Source: Burkholderiales bacterium (GTDB lineage: Bacteria > Pseudomonadota > Gammaproteobacteria > Burkholderiales > SG8-41). Taken from it: a DNA stretch of 64,000 nucleotides. The position numbers were made by a program, and so were the translations under genes. Of the stretch, positions 1 through 9,871 are shown in pieces. Location of the stretch: NCBI GenBank assembly GCA_030684405.1, contig JAUXYA010000024.1, positions 82,657 to 146,656 of the forward strand, written 5' to 3'. The notes under the pieces were generated by a model. It was given only the letters and a program-made list of their open reading frames with translations, did not search any database and had not been told where the DNA came from. The first letter of the stretch is position 1. The number at the start of each line of letters is the position of its first letter.

Positions 1-230
1 TGCTCGTCAAGCACATCCTTGCCGGCGACACCGAGGTCGGCGCCGCCGTACTGGACGTAGGTCGGCACGTCGCTGGCGCGGACGATGATCAGGCGCACTT
101 CGCGGCGGTTGGTGGCAAGGATCAGCTTGCGCGAGGACTCCGGGTTTTCAAGCGCGACGATGCCCGCCGCCTTCAGCAACGGCACGGTTTCGTCAAAAAT
201 GCGGCCCTTCGAAAGGGCAATGGTAATCAT
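1..230 (-). CDS. hisG: ATP phosphoribosyltransferase, N-terminal part (the gene runs off the window start)
   Basis: Reverse-strand translation from the ATG at 228-230 gives [24 protein letters not shown]...[29 protein letters not shown], a typical short-form HisG N-terminus. It is absent from the ORF track because it is truncated. Confidence 0.85.
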   Translation of the reverse strand, partial: MITIALSKGRIFDETVPLLKAAGIVALENPESSRKLILATNRREVRLIIVRASDVPTYVQYGGADLGVAGKDVLDE

Positions 231-412
231 GGCGGAGCAGGCTGCGGGTACGTTGAAATTACGTTCATGGCGACGCGTTGGGAACCCGGCGCGGCGGCGC
301 GTGGAAAGGGTTGGATTGTAGCGCATCTCCCCTCTCACCCGGGGGCTGCGCGGTTCCCGGAAACCACGCCAGCGGTTACACTCCGCAGTCCAGACCGCAT
401 CGCGCCGCTACC

Positions 413-1219
413 ATGCCTACCGTCGACAACATCGTGGAAATCCGGGATCTCGCGTTCTCTTACGAAGCGCTTGAGATCTTCAAATCCGTCAGCCTCACCA
501 TTCCGCGCGGCAAGGTCGTCGGCATCATGGGCGCCAGCGGTAGCGGAAAATCAACGCTGCTGCGACTGATCGGTGCCCAGTTGCGCCCGGCTCGTGGCAG
601 CGTGCACGTTTTGGGAGAAAACATTCACGAACTCGACCGCAATGCGCTGTACCGGACGCGGCGCAAGATGGGCATGCAGTTCCAGCAAGGGGGGCTGTTC
701 ACCGACCTCTCGGTGTTCGAGAACATCGCATTCCCGATGCGCGAGAAGACCGATCTGCCGGAAGACATGATCAACGACCTGGTGCTGATGAAACTCAATG
801 CTGTCGGCCTGCGCGGGGCGGCGAAACTGATGCCCTCGGAATGTTCCGGCGGCATGGTGCGCCGGATAGGCCTCGCGCGCGCAATTGCGCTTGACCCCGA
901 CCTGATCATGTATGACGAGCCCTTCGCCGGCCTCGACCCGATATCCTGCAGCGTCGTCGGCAAACTGATCCGGCGCCTGAACGACGCGCTGGGTGTAACC
1001 TCGATCGTGGTGTCTTACGACGCGAAGGAAGCGCTGCGCTGTATCGACTATGTCTACTTCCTTGCCGACGGCAAGGTCGTGGCGCAGGGAACGACCGAAG
1101 AAGTGAAGAACTCCGACGATCCTTTCGTCCGCCAGTTCATCGGCGGCCTGCCCGATGGTCCTGTGCCCTTCCACTACCGCCAAAACACGTATGCCGCAGA
1201 TCTCGATCTTACGGCATAA
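413..1219 (+). CDS. Orphan MlaF-like ABC transporter ATP-binding protein (paralogue of the mlaF at 6940-7770)
   Basis: ATG at 413 (MPTVDNIVEIRDL). It has Walker A GASGSGKST, a Q-loop, signature CSGGM and Walker B LIMYDEP. More than half the positions match the canonical MlaF by eye. The H-loop reads SYD instead of THD. Confidence 0.85.
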   Translation: MPTVDNIVEIRDLAFSYEALEIFKSVSLTIPRGKVVGIMGASGSGKSTLLRLIGAQLRPARGSVHVLGENIHELDRNALYRTRRKMGMQFQQGGLFTDLSVFENIAFPMREKTDLPEDMINDLVLMKLNAVGLRGAAKLMPSECSGGMVRRIGLARAIALDPDLIMYDEPFAGLDPISCSVVGKLIRRLNDALGVTSIVVSYDAKEALRCIDYVYFLADGKVVAQGTTEEVKNSDDPFVRQFIGGLPDGPVPFHYRQNTYAADLDLTA

Positions 1220-1220
1220 T

Positions 1221-1243
1221 ATTCAATAAAAACAATTAGTTAA
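1221..1243 (+). repeat. AT-rich 23-nt motif, copy 1 (attcaatAAAAACAAttagttaa)
   Basis: Lies in the convergent intergenic gap between the orphan mlaF-like gene and murA. It shares the AAAAACAA core and flanks with six other copies. Confidence 0.8.
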
Positions 1244-1261
1244 AAAAACTTCCCGCTCCGC

Positions 1262-2530
<1,269 letters not shown>

Positions 2531-2533
2531 TTA

Positions 2534-2643
2534 GCCGCAGAGTTCACAGAGAAGATCAAAAACATACCCAGAGCAGGCACTGCACATCTTGCCGCTGATT
2601 GCCAATGTGCTTTTTTCTCTGTGTCCTCTGTGAACTCTGTGGC
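2534..2643. repeat. REP-like long hairpin element (18-bp arms gccgcagagttcacagag / ctctgtgaactctgtggc, one mismatch)
   Basis: Inverted repeat with arms at 2534-2551 and 2626-2643, in the murA-ibaG intergenic region. Its tail ttttttctct...ctctgtggct recurs near 63105-63126. Confidence 0.7.
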
Positions 2644-2651
2644 TGATGGTT

Positions 2652-2891
2652 TTAAGAGTTGTCCGCCCACTGCTCCGGCGTCAGGGTCTTCATCGACAGC
2701 GCGTGAATTTCCTCGCGCATGCGGTCGCCCAACGCCCGGTACACCAACTGGTGCTGCTGGACCTTGTTCTTGCCCTGGAACGCCGCGCTGACGATCACCG
2801 CCTCCCAGTGATGGCCGTCGCCGGCAACCTCGACATGCTGGCAGTCGAGTCCTGTCGCAATGGATTGCTTGATGCTTTCTGCAGTAACCAT
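2652..2891 (-). CDS. ibaG: BolA family protein (IbaG/YrbA-like)
   Basis: 79 aa, with motifs VSAAFQGKNKVQQHQLVY and HALSMKT. It sits in the conserved position between the mla/yadGH genes and murA. Confidence 0.85.
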   Translation of the reverse strand: MVTAESIKQSIATGLDCQHVEVAGDGHHWEAVIVSAAFQGKNKVQQHQLVYRALGDRMREEIHALSMKTLTPEQWADNS

Positions 2892-2930
2892 GTTCTTCTC
2901 TTTCCGTTCAGTGAAGCGCCGGCCACGCGC

Positions 2931-3686
2931 TCATTGGCGCAACTTATAGCCCGATTTGAGCAGTCCCAGAGTCAGCCATGATAAGGCGATGAAACTGCCG
3001 CCGACAATCGCCAGACTCAGCCACGGCGAAGTATCAGACGCGCCGAAGAAGCCGTAGCGGAAACCGTCGATCATGTAAAACACGGGATTCAGATGCGAGG
3101 CCGCCTGCCAGAATGCGGGCAGCGACTGGATCGAATAGAACACTCCCGACAGGAAAGTCAGCGGCAGGATGATGAAATTGGTGAAAGCCGCAAGCTGGTC
3201 AATCTTGTCGGAATGGATGCCTGCGACGATGCCCAGCGCCCCCATCACCGCGCTGCCGCAGACGCCGAACAGCAGCACCCACCAGGGGTGGACAACGCTC
3301 ACTTCGGTGAACCACAGCGTTGCCAGCAACACGCCGGCGCCAACCACCACGCCGCGGGCCATTGCCGCGAGCAGGTAGGCGAGAAAAAACTCGCGATGCG
3401 ACAGCGGCGGCAGCAGCACGAAGACGATATTGCCGGTCATTTTCGACTGCATCAGGCTCGACGAGGCATTGGCAAATGAATTCTGCAGCACCGACATCAT
3501 CGCCAGGCCCGGTGCCAGGAAAGCGATGTAATCCACCCCTGGAAAGACTTCGACCCGGCCGCGCAGCGCGTGGCCAAACACCAGCAGGTAGAGCAGCGCG
3601 GTCAGCACCGGCGCGAGCACTGTCTGCACGCTCACCTTCCAGAAGCGCAGCCATTCCTTGTAGAACAGGGTGTAGAAACCGGTCAT
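2931..3686 (-). CDS. yadH: ABC-2 type transporter permease (YadH-like)
   Basis: Polytopic membrane protein. The likely start is MTGFYTLFYKEWLRFWK (ATG at 3684-3686). It follows the YadG-like ATPase. Confidence 0.85.
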   Translation of the reverse strand: MTGFYTLFYKEWLRFWKVSVQTVLAPVLTALLYLLVFGHALRGRVEVFPGVDYIAFLAPGLAMMSVLQNSFANASSSLMQSKMTGNIVFVLLPPLSHREFFLAYLLAAMARGVVVGAGVLLATLWFTEVSVVHPWWVLLFGVCGSAVMGALGIVAGIHSDKIDQLAAFTNFIILPLTFLSGVFYSIQSLPAFWQAASHLNPVFYMIDGFRYGFFGASDTSPWLSLAIVGGSFIALSWLTLGLLKSGYKLRQ

Positions 3687-3696
3687 TATTTCGAGG

Positions 3697-3725
3697 GTGA
3701 GGAGTGAGGAGTGAGGAGTGAGAGG
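3697..3725. repeat. Tandem heptamer (GAGGAGT x3) in the yadG-yadH spacer
   Basis: The sequence gtgaggagtgaggagtgaggagtgagagg is read directly. Complementary cctcac/ctcctcac segments lie at 3749-3778. Confidence 0.7.
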
Positions 3726-3771
3726 CAAACCGTCCCCCACTTCCCATTCCTCACGCCTGACCCCTCGCTCC

Positions 3772-4671
3772 TCACGCTTTTCTCATGATCTGCACAAAAA
3801 TTTCCTCCAGATCGGGCTGCATGATCTCCATTTCGAGCACCGCGACGCCAGCTTCGCGCAGCGCCGCCATCACGCGCTCCACCTCCGCGTAATCGGGCAG
3901 CGCGAGGCGGATCGCACCATCGTCCTGGCGCTGCGCGACCAGTGGCTCCAACGCCGCCGGCAGCGCGCCGCCGAGACGCAGCCCGACATAACAGCCCGAA
4001 TGCAGCCGCAGCAGGTTCTCGGTAGTGTCGAGCGTGACGATGCGCCCCTGCTTGAGCATAGCCACCCGCCCGCACAGCGCTTCAGCCTCCTCAAGGTAGT
4101 GCGTGGTCAGAACGATGGTATGTCCATCGCGATTCAGGCGCCGGATGAAACGCCACAATGCCTGACGCAGCTCGACGTCAACGCCGGCGGTAGGCTCGTC
4201 GAGCACGATCACCGGCGGCTTGTGAACCAGCGCCTGCGCCACCAGTACGCGGCGTTTCATGCCGCCCGACAGCGCGCGCATATTGGTGTCCGCCTTGTCA
4301 GCCAGGTCGAGGTTCTCGATCACCTCGTCGATCCACGCGCGGTTGTCGCGCAGGCCAAAGTAACCCGACTGTATGGTCAGAGCCTCGCGCACCGTGAAAA
4401 ACGGGTCGAACACCAGCTCCTGCGGCACCACGCCCAGCGCGTGCCGCGCCGCGCGGTAATCGACGCCGACGTCATGACCCATGATTCGCGCCGTGCCGCT
4501 GTCCGGCCGTACCAGCCCGGCAAGGATGCTGATCAGCGTGGTCTTGCCGGCACCATTAGGACCGAGCAACCCGAAAAACTCACCAGGCTCGACACAGAGG
4601 CTGACGCCGCCCAGCGCCTGCAGACTGCCGTAGCGCTTGGTGACATCGCTGATTTCGATCGCGTAAGTCAT
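3772..4671 (-). CDS. yadG: ABC transporter ATP-binding protein (YadG-like)
   Basis: The likely start is MTYAIEISDVTKRYG (ATG at 4669-4671). It has Walker [10 protein letters not shown], signature LSGGMKRR and Walker B VLDEPT. Confidence 0.88.
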   Translation of the reverse strand: MTYAIEISDVTKRYGSLQALGGVSLCVEPGEFFGLLGPNGAGKTTLISILAGLVRPDSGTARIMGHDVGVDYRAARHALGVVPQELVFDPFFTVREALTIQSGYFGLRDNRAWIDEVIENLDLADKADTNMRALSGGMKRRVLVAQALVHKPPVIVLDEPTAGVDVELRQALWRFIRRLNRDGHTIVLTTHYLEEAEALCGRVAMLKQGRIVTLDTTENLLRLHSGCYVGLRLGGALPAALEPLVAQRQDDGAIRLALPDYAEVERVMAALREAGVAVLEMEIMQPDLEEIFVQIMRKA

Positions 4672-4717
4672 TCTTAGGGCCGGAAGCGCCGCGACGGGGC
4701 GGCGCGGGGCGGGAGAG

Positions 4718-4999
4718 TTATTCCGCGTCGACCAGCTCGGTAACACCGTAAAGCCGCGCCAGGCTTACCAGGTTGTCGGGCAGGCTGACATAGCGGATGC
4801 TGCGGCCGGCTGCGAGCGCGGTGCGGCGCCACTCGAAGAGCAGGCTGACTGCGGCCGAATCGACTTCGGTGACGCCGGAAAGATCCAGCGTCACTTCCGG
4901 CGCCGTGAGCAGGCGCAGGCCGTCCTCGCGCAATGCGAGGACAGTTTCAAGATTGACGGCGCCTGTCAGCGTGCAGCGACCGTCGCTACATTCGATCAT
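4718..4999 (-). CDS. mlaB: STAS-domain lipid asymmetry maintenance protein MlaB
   Basis: 93-aa STAS-like protein. Its start overlaps the mlaC stop (ATGA). Confidence 0.8.
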   Translation of the reverse strand: MIECSDGRCTLTGAVNLETVLALREDGLRLLTAPEVTLDLSGVTEVDSAAVSLLFEWRRTALAAGRSIRYVSLPDNLVSLARLYGVTELVDAE

Positions 5000-5613
5000 T
5001 TCGCCTGCGCCACCAGCGCGCGGTTCTTGTCACGCAGCGACGCGATCAGGCCGTCGATGCCGCCCTTGCGGATCTCGGTGTTGAAAGTGCTGCGGTAGTT
5101 CTCGACCAGACTGATGCCACCGATCTTGACGTTGTAGACCTTCCAGCCACTATCGGTTTTTTCCACGCTGTAATCGATCTGCACCGGCTCACCCCCGCCC
5201 GACTGGCGAACCAGTGAGCGCACGGTGACATCGGACTCATCCGCCGCGAGCTTCAGCGGCCGGTATTCGAACCTCTGGTCCCTGAACAGCGCCAGAGACG
5301 CGGTATAGGTCTGCAGCAGCAGGGCGCGGAACTCTGCGGTCAATGCCTTGCGCTGTTCGGGGCTCGCCGCACCCCAGTTGCGACCCAGCGCGAGCTGCGT
5401 CATGCCGGCAAAATTGAAGTGCGGCGCGATCTTGGTCTCGATCAACTCGCGTGCCTTCTTCTGGTTGCCAGACTGAATGTCCTTATCGGCACGCAACACC
5501 GTGAGCACCTCGTCGGTGACAGTTCGCGCCATGACGTCGGGTGGTAGAGCGGCGAGCGCAGACCCCGCCCCGAAAAATAGATTAAAAGTCAATAAAAACA
5601 TATACTTATACAT
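4996..5613 (-). CDS. mlaC: Phospholipid-binding periplasmic protein MlaC
   Basis: 205 aa with a signal peptide and a Toluene-tolerance Ttg2D-like sequence. Position within the mla operon supports the call. Confidence 0.9.
   Translation of the reverse strand: MYKYMFLLTFNLFFGAGSALAALPPDVMARTVTDEVLTVLRADKDIQSGNQKKARELIETKIAPHFNFAGMTQLALGRNWGAASPEQRKALTAEFRALLLQTYTASLALFRDQRFEYRPLKLAADESDVTVRSLVRQSGGGEPVQIDYSVEKTDSGWKVYNVKIGGISLVENYRSTFNTEIRKGGIDGLIASLRDKNRALVAQAK
5587..5609 (+). repeat. AT-rich 23-nt motif, copy 2 (agtcaatAAAAACATatacttat)
   Basis: Lies inside the first codons of mlaC on the opposite strand, where it encodes MYKYMFLLTFNLFF. Confidence 0.8.
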
Positions 5614-5663
5614 AACTCACCATCGCTCTTGTGCAATCAGTCGTGATTAAGAAACTCTGACCC

Positions 5664-6137
5664 CTATTTGCTTGAGGTGCCGCCTTCGGCCGCCTTGTCG
5701 AACAGGAACTGGCTGATCAGCTTCTCCAGCACCACCGCCGACTGGGTCAGCCGGATATTGTCGCCGGCCTTCAGCATCTGGTCATCGCCGCCACCATCGA
5801 GCCCGATGTATTGCTCACCGAGCAGGCCCGAAGTCAGGATCGAGGCCGTAGTGTCCTTCGGAAACTGGTAGGTTTTTCCAATGGCTATCGAGACCTTGGC
5901 AGTGAAGCGGTCGTTGTTGAAGCTGATCGCAGTCACCCGGCCAACCACGACGCCGGCGCTCTTGACCGCCGCCCGCGGCTTGAGGCCGCCGATGTTGTCG
6001 AAATTGGCATGAATCACATAGGTCTCGCCTCCGCCCATGCTCGACATGTTGCCAACCTTGAACGCCAGGATCACCAGCGCGGCGATCCCCGCGACAACGA
6101 ACACGCCCACCCATAAATCCAGCATCGATCGTTCCAT
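5664..6137 (-). CDS. mlaD: Outer membrane lipid asymmetry maintenance protein MlaD (MCE domain)
   Basis: 157 aa with an N-terminal TM segment followed by an MCE domain (VKSAGVVVGRVTAI). Confidence 0.9.
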   Translation of the reverse strand: MERSMLDLWVGVFVVAGIAALVILAFKVGNMSSMGGGETYVIHANFDNIGGLKPRAAVKSAGVVVGRVTAISFNNDRFTAKVSIAIGKTYQFPKDTTASILTSGLLGEQYIGLDGGGDDQMLKAGDNIRLTQSAVVLEKLISQFLFDKAAEGGTSSK

Positions 6138-6155
6138 TAGGCACCCTTGCGCATC

Positions 6156-6950
6156 TTAAACAGCACTGAACATGAAAGAAGTCAGGATGAAATCCAGACC
6201 CAGTATCGCCAGCGACGACGTTACCACGGTGCGCGTAGTCGCGCCCGACACGCCCTCGGCCGTCGGCGGCGCGTCATAACCCTCGAGCAGCGCGATCGAG
6301 GTCACCGCGACGCCGAACACGAAACTCTTGATCACGCCGTTCATGATGTCCTCGCGGAAATCGACCGCGCTCTGCATCTGCGACCAGAAGGAGCCCTCGT
6401 CGACGCCGATCAGCACAACGCCCACGATATAGCCGCCGAACACGCCCATCGCGCTGAACATCGCCGCCAGCAGCGGCATCGAGATGACGCCCGCCCAGAA
6501 CCGCGGCGCCACCACGCGGGCGATCGGATCAACCGCCATCATTTCCATCGCCGAGAGTTGCTCGGTCGCCTTCATCAGGCCAATCTCCGCGGTCATTGCT
6601 GAACCCGCACGGCTGGCGAAAAGCAGCGCCGACACCACCGGCCCCAGTTCCCGTACCAGCGACAGCGCCACCAGCACGCCGAGCGCCGATTCCGAGCCAT
6701 AGGTGGTCAGGGTCTGGTAACCCTGCAGGCCGAGCACCATACCGACAAACAGGCCTGACACCAGGATGATGATCAGCGACAGCACACCGGTGTAATAGAG
6801 TTCGCGCACGATCAGGCGCGGCCGCGCGAAGCTGGTACCGGAATGGGCGATGGTCAGGCCGATGAAGCGTGCCGCGTAGCCGAGGCGCAATACGGTGTCA
6901 ATGGCGCTGGCACCGATGCCACGCACCGTAGGCAGAGACCTATGCGGCAC
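6156..6950 (-). CDS. mlaE: Lipid asymmetry ABC transporter permease MlaE
   Basis: 264-aa polytopic protein with a GTG start that overlaps the mlaF stop. Confidence 0.9.
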   Translation of the reverse strand: MPHRSLPTVRGIGASAIDTVLRLGYAARFIGLTIAHSGTSFARPRLIVRELYYTGVLSLIIILVSGLFVGMVLGLQGYQTLTTYGSESALGVLVALSLVRELGPVVSALLFASRAGSAMTAEIGLMKATEQLSAMEMMAVDPIARVVAPRFWAGVISMPLLAAMFSAMGVFGGYIVGVVLIGVDEGSFWSQMQSAVDFREDIMNGVIKSFVFGVAVTSIALLEGYDAPPTAEGVSGATTRTVVTSSLAILGLDFILTSFMFSAV

Positions 6951-7770
6951 GGCGCCCCTCCATCCTCAGTTCGGCCGCGTAATCGCCGCTCGGATACTGG
7001 TAGGCAACCGGTCCTTCCGCCTCGCCGTGCACGAACTGGTGCACCAGCGGATCGGTGTTCGCGCGCAGTTCTTCCGGCGTGCCGTGGGCCTTCATCTTGC
7101 CGTCGGACAGGTAGTACACATAATCCACCACATCAAGCGCCTCCTGCACATCATGGGTCACCACCAGCGAGGTCGTGCCCAGCGTGTCGTTCAGTTCGCG
7201 GACCAGGTTGGCGATCACGCCCAGCGAAATCGGGTCCAGCCCGGTGAAGGGCTCGTCGTACATCATGATCATCGGATCAAGCGCGATCGCCCGCGCCAGC
7301 GCCACCCGCCGCGCCATGCCACCCGAGAGTTCCGCCGGCATCAGCTTCGCCGCGCCGCGCAGCCCCACCGCATGCAGCTTCATCATCCCCAGGTCGCGGA
7401 TCATGCTTTCCGGCAGACCCGTGTGCTCGCGCATCTGGAAAGCAACATTGTCGTAGACGGACAGATCAGTGAAGAGTGCGCCGAACTGGAACAGCATGCC
7501 CATGCGCCGGCGCATGCGGTAGATGCCCTGCTGGTCAAGCGCGCTGGTGCACTTGCCGTCGACCCAGACTTCACCCGTGGTCGGTTTCATCACCCCGCCG
7601 ATCAGCCGCAGCAACGTAGTCTTTCCCGAGCCGCTGATGCCCATCAGCGCAACGACCTTGCCGCGCGGGATGGTCATGTTGATGCCGGTCAGGATCGGAC
7701 GTCGCCCGTAGGCAAAGTTCACGTCCTTGATTTCGATCAGGGTGTCGGATGCCACAAATTGGACCGTCAT
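6940..7770 (-). CDS. mlaF: Lipid asymmetry ABC transporter ATP-binding protein MlaF
   Basis: The likely start is [17 protein letters not shown] (ATG at 7768-7770). It has Walker [10 protein letters not shown], signature LSGGMARR and H-loop THD. Confidence 0.9.
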   Translation of the reverse strand: MTVQFVASDTLIEIKDVNFAYGRRPILTGINMTIPRGKVVALMGISGSGKTTLLRLIGGVMKPTTGEVWVDGKCTSALDQQGIYRMRRRMGMLFQFGALFTDLSVYDNVAFQMREHTGLPESMIRDLGMMKLHAVGLRGAAKLMPAELSGGMARRVALARAIALDPMIMMYDEPFTGLDPISLGVIANLVRELNDTLGTTSLVVTHDVQEALDVVDYVYYLSDGKMKAHGTPEELRANTDPLVHQFVHGEAEGPVAYQYPSGDYAAELRMEGRRAA

Positions 7771-7901
7771 CACTGCGGGTAAAACCCCGATTTTAAACGA
7801 GAACGGCGTCCCGGCCAAAACCACACAGGAAATGCGCGGTCAGCTTGGCCATCTTGGGGCGCGGCTGGCATGATGCACCACCAAGCACTGTTTTCTTCCC
7901 C

Positions 7902-8954
7902 ATGCGTTTCGACCTGTTCCACGAGCTGGCCCTGCCCGCGCACGACGCGCGCAGCGAAACCGCGCTCTACGCCGACACCCTCACCGAGATCGCGCTCGCC
8001 GACGAGCTCGGCTACGGCTGCGCCTGGCTGGTCGAGCACCATTTCATGCGCGCCTATTCCCATATCTCGAAGCCGGAAATCCTGCTCGGCGCAGCCGCCG
8101 CGCGCACCCGCCGCATCCGCCTCGGCCACGCCATCATTCCGCTGCCGCTGCACCACCCGGTGCATGTCGCCGAACGCGTGGCGACGCTCGACGTGCTGTC
8201 AGGCGGGCGTCTGGAAGTCGGCATAGGCCGCGGCTTTTCGCCACGGGAATACGACACCTTCGGCGGCAACATGGCCGACAGCCGGGCGCTGGTCGACGAA
8301 GGACTCGCCGTACTGCGCGCGTCCTTCCGCCCGGATCCGCTCAGCCATCGCGGCACGCACTACAGCTTCTCGGACATCGACCTCGTGCCGCGCGTGGTAC
8401 AGCAGCCGCATCCGCCGCTGTGGACCGCCGCAGTCAGTCCCGAGACCTGGGACTGGGCCGCGGCGCAAAAACTCGGCGTGCTCGCCGGGCCGTTCAAGCC
8501 CTGGTTCATGGTCGAACAGGACCTGCAGCGCTACCGCAAGGCATGGACGCATGCCACAGCGCCACGTACCGGAATGACGCTGGGCGTGCTGTGCCTTGAT
8601 GACGGCGGCCGCGCGCAGGCGCTGGCGCGCGAGGCCTTTCGCTGGTTCTACGGCGAGCTCTACAGGACCACACTGCCGGTGCTGGAAAAGCTGTATCCGG
8701 GTTACGAACACCTGCACGAACTGGGCCGCTTCCGCAGTCTGATGAAACTCGGCGTCGACCTCGGCCTCACCGACTTTGCCGGCCTCACCGTGGTCGGGAC
8801 GCCACGGGAATGCGTTCACAAGCTGCAAAAATACCGCGAGGCTGGCATCACCCACATCCTGTGCGCATTCGGCGCCGGCGCGATCGACAGCGCTACCGTG
8901 CGCGAATCGATGACGCTGTTTGCGCGCGAAGTGATGCCGGCATTCGCCGCGTGA
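7902..8954 (+). CDS. Luciferase-like (LLM class) flavin-dependent oxidoreductase
   Basis: The sequence MRFDLFHELALP...LGYGCAWLVEHHF...LDVLSGGRLEVGIGRG is typical of the LLM family. Confidence 0.85.
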   Translation: MRFDLFHELALPAHDARSETALYADTLTEIALADELGYGCAWLVEHHFMRAYSHISKPEILLGAAAARTRRIRLGHAIIPLPLHHPVHVAERVATLDVLSGGRLEVGIGRGFSPREYDTFGGNMADSRALVDEGLAVLRASFRPDPLSHRGTHYSFSDIDLVPRVVQQPHPPLWTAAVSPETWDWAAAQKLGVLAGPFKPWFMVEQDLQRYRKAWTHATAPRTGMTLGVLCLDDGGRAQALAREAFRWFYGELYRTTLPVLEKLYPGYEHLHELGRFRSLMKLGVDLGLTDFAGLTVVGTPRECVHKLQKYREAGITHILCAFGAGAIDSATVRESMTLFAREVMPAFAA

Positions 8955-9871
8955 AAGTCCTGGTCACCGGCTCCAGCGCGAGCCTTGCCCATGCGCTGCT
9001 GCCGCAGCTCTGTGCCGACCCGGCCATCACGGAAATCACCGGCATCGACCTGCGGCCGCCGCATTTTGTCCACCCGAAATTCCAGACTTTGCAGGCCGAT
9101 ATCCGCGACCGGCGGATCGGTGAACTGCTGCCCGCGCATGACGCGCTGGTACATCTCGCCTATGTCGTGCTGCGCGGGCGTCTGCGAGCGGAGGCGATGC
9201 ACGGGATCAATGTCGGCGCCAGCCTCCAGCTGCTGCAGGCAGCGCAGGCAGCGGGATTGAAGCGCATCGTCCATCTCTCAAGTGCTGCCGTCTATGGCAG
9301 CGGCAGCGCTCTCGACGAGCAGTCGGCATTCGCGCCGCTGCAGGGCTTCCTCTACGGCATGCACAAGGCCGAGCTTGAGCAGCAAATCGCGCGCACGGTG
9401 CCGGAATGCGTGCGCCTGCGCCCCCATGTCATTCTCGGCCCGCATGCGCAGCCGGTGTTGCGGCAGATCCTCGACCTGCCGCTATGCCTGCGGCTCGACG
9501 AACCCCAACCCGAGCTGCAGTGCGTGCACGAGGACGACGTCGCCGCTGCCATCGTGGCCAGCCTGCAGCAGGACGTCAGCGGCCCCTACAACCTCGCCGC
9601 CCGCGACTGCTGGACGCTGCGCGCGGTGATGCGCGGGCGGCACGCGCACTGCCTGCCACTGCCGCCGGGGATCGCGCGCGCCGGGCTCGCCTTGGCGCAT
9701 GGCATCAGCGGCTGGGGAGGCGAACCGGGCTGGCTGGAGGGCCTGCGCCACACGCTGACCCTGGACTGCCGGCGCGCTGAACAGGAACTCGGCTGGAAGC
9801 CGGCTCAAAGCAGCGCGCAGGCGCTGGCAGCTACCGGCGGCGGAAACAGAAAAAACTCTAGTGCAGTCTGA
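8951..9871 (+). CDS. NAD-dependent epimerase/dehydratase family protein
   Basis: A GTG start overlaps the upstream stop (GTGA). It has the N-terminal Rossmann motif VKVLVTGSSASLAH and later YGMHKAELE. Confidence 0.8.
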   Translation: MKVLVTGSSASLAHALLPQLCADPAITEITGIDLRPPHFVHPKFQTLQADIRDRRIGELLPAHDALVHLAYVVLRGRLRAEAMHGINVGASLQLLQAAQAAGLKRIVHLSSAAVYGSGSALDEQSAFAPLQGFLYGMHKAELEQQIARTVPECVRLRPHVILGPHAQPVLRQILDLPLCLRLDEPQPELQCVHEDDVAAAIVASLQQDVSGPYNLAARDCWTLRAVMRGRHAHCLPLPPGIARAGLALAHGISGWGGEPGWLEGLRHTLTLDCRRAEQELGWKPAQSSAQALAATGGGNRKNSSAV

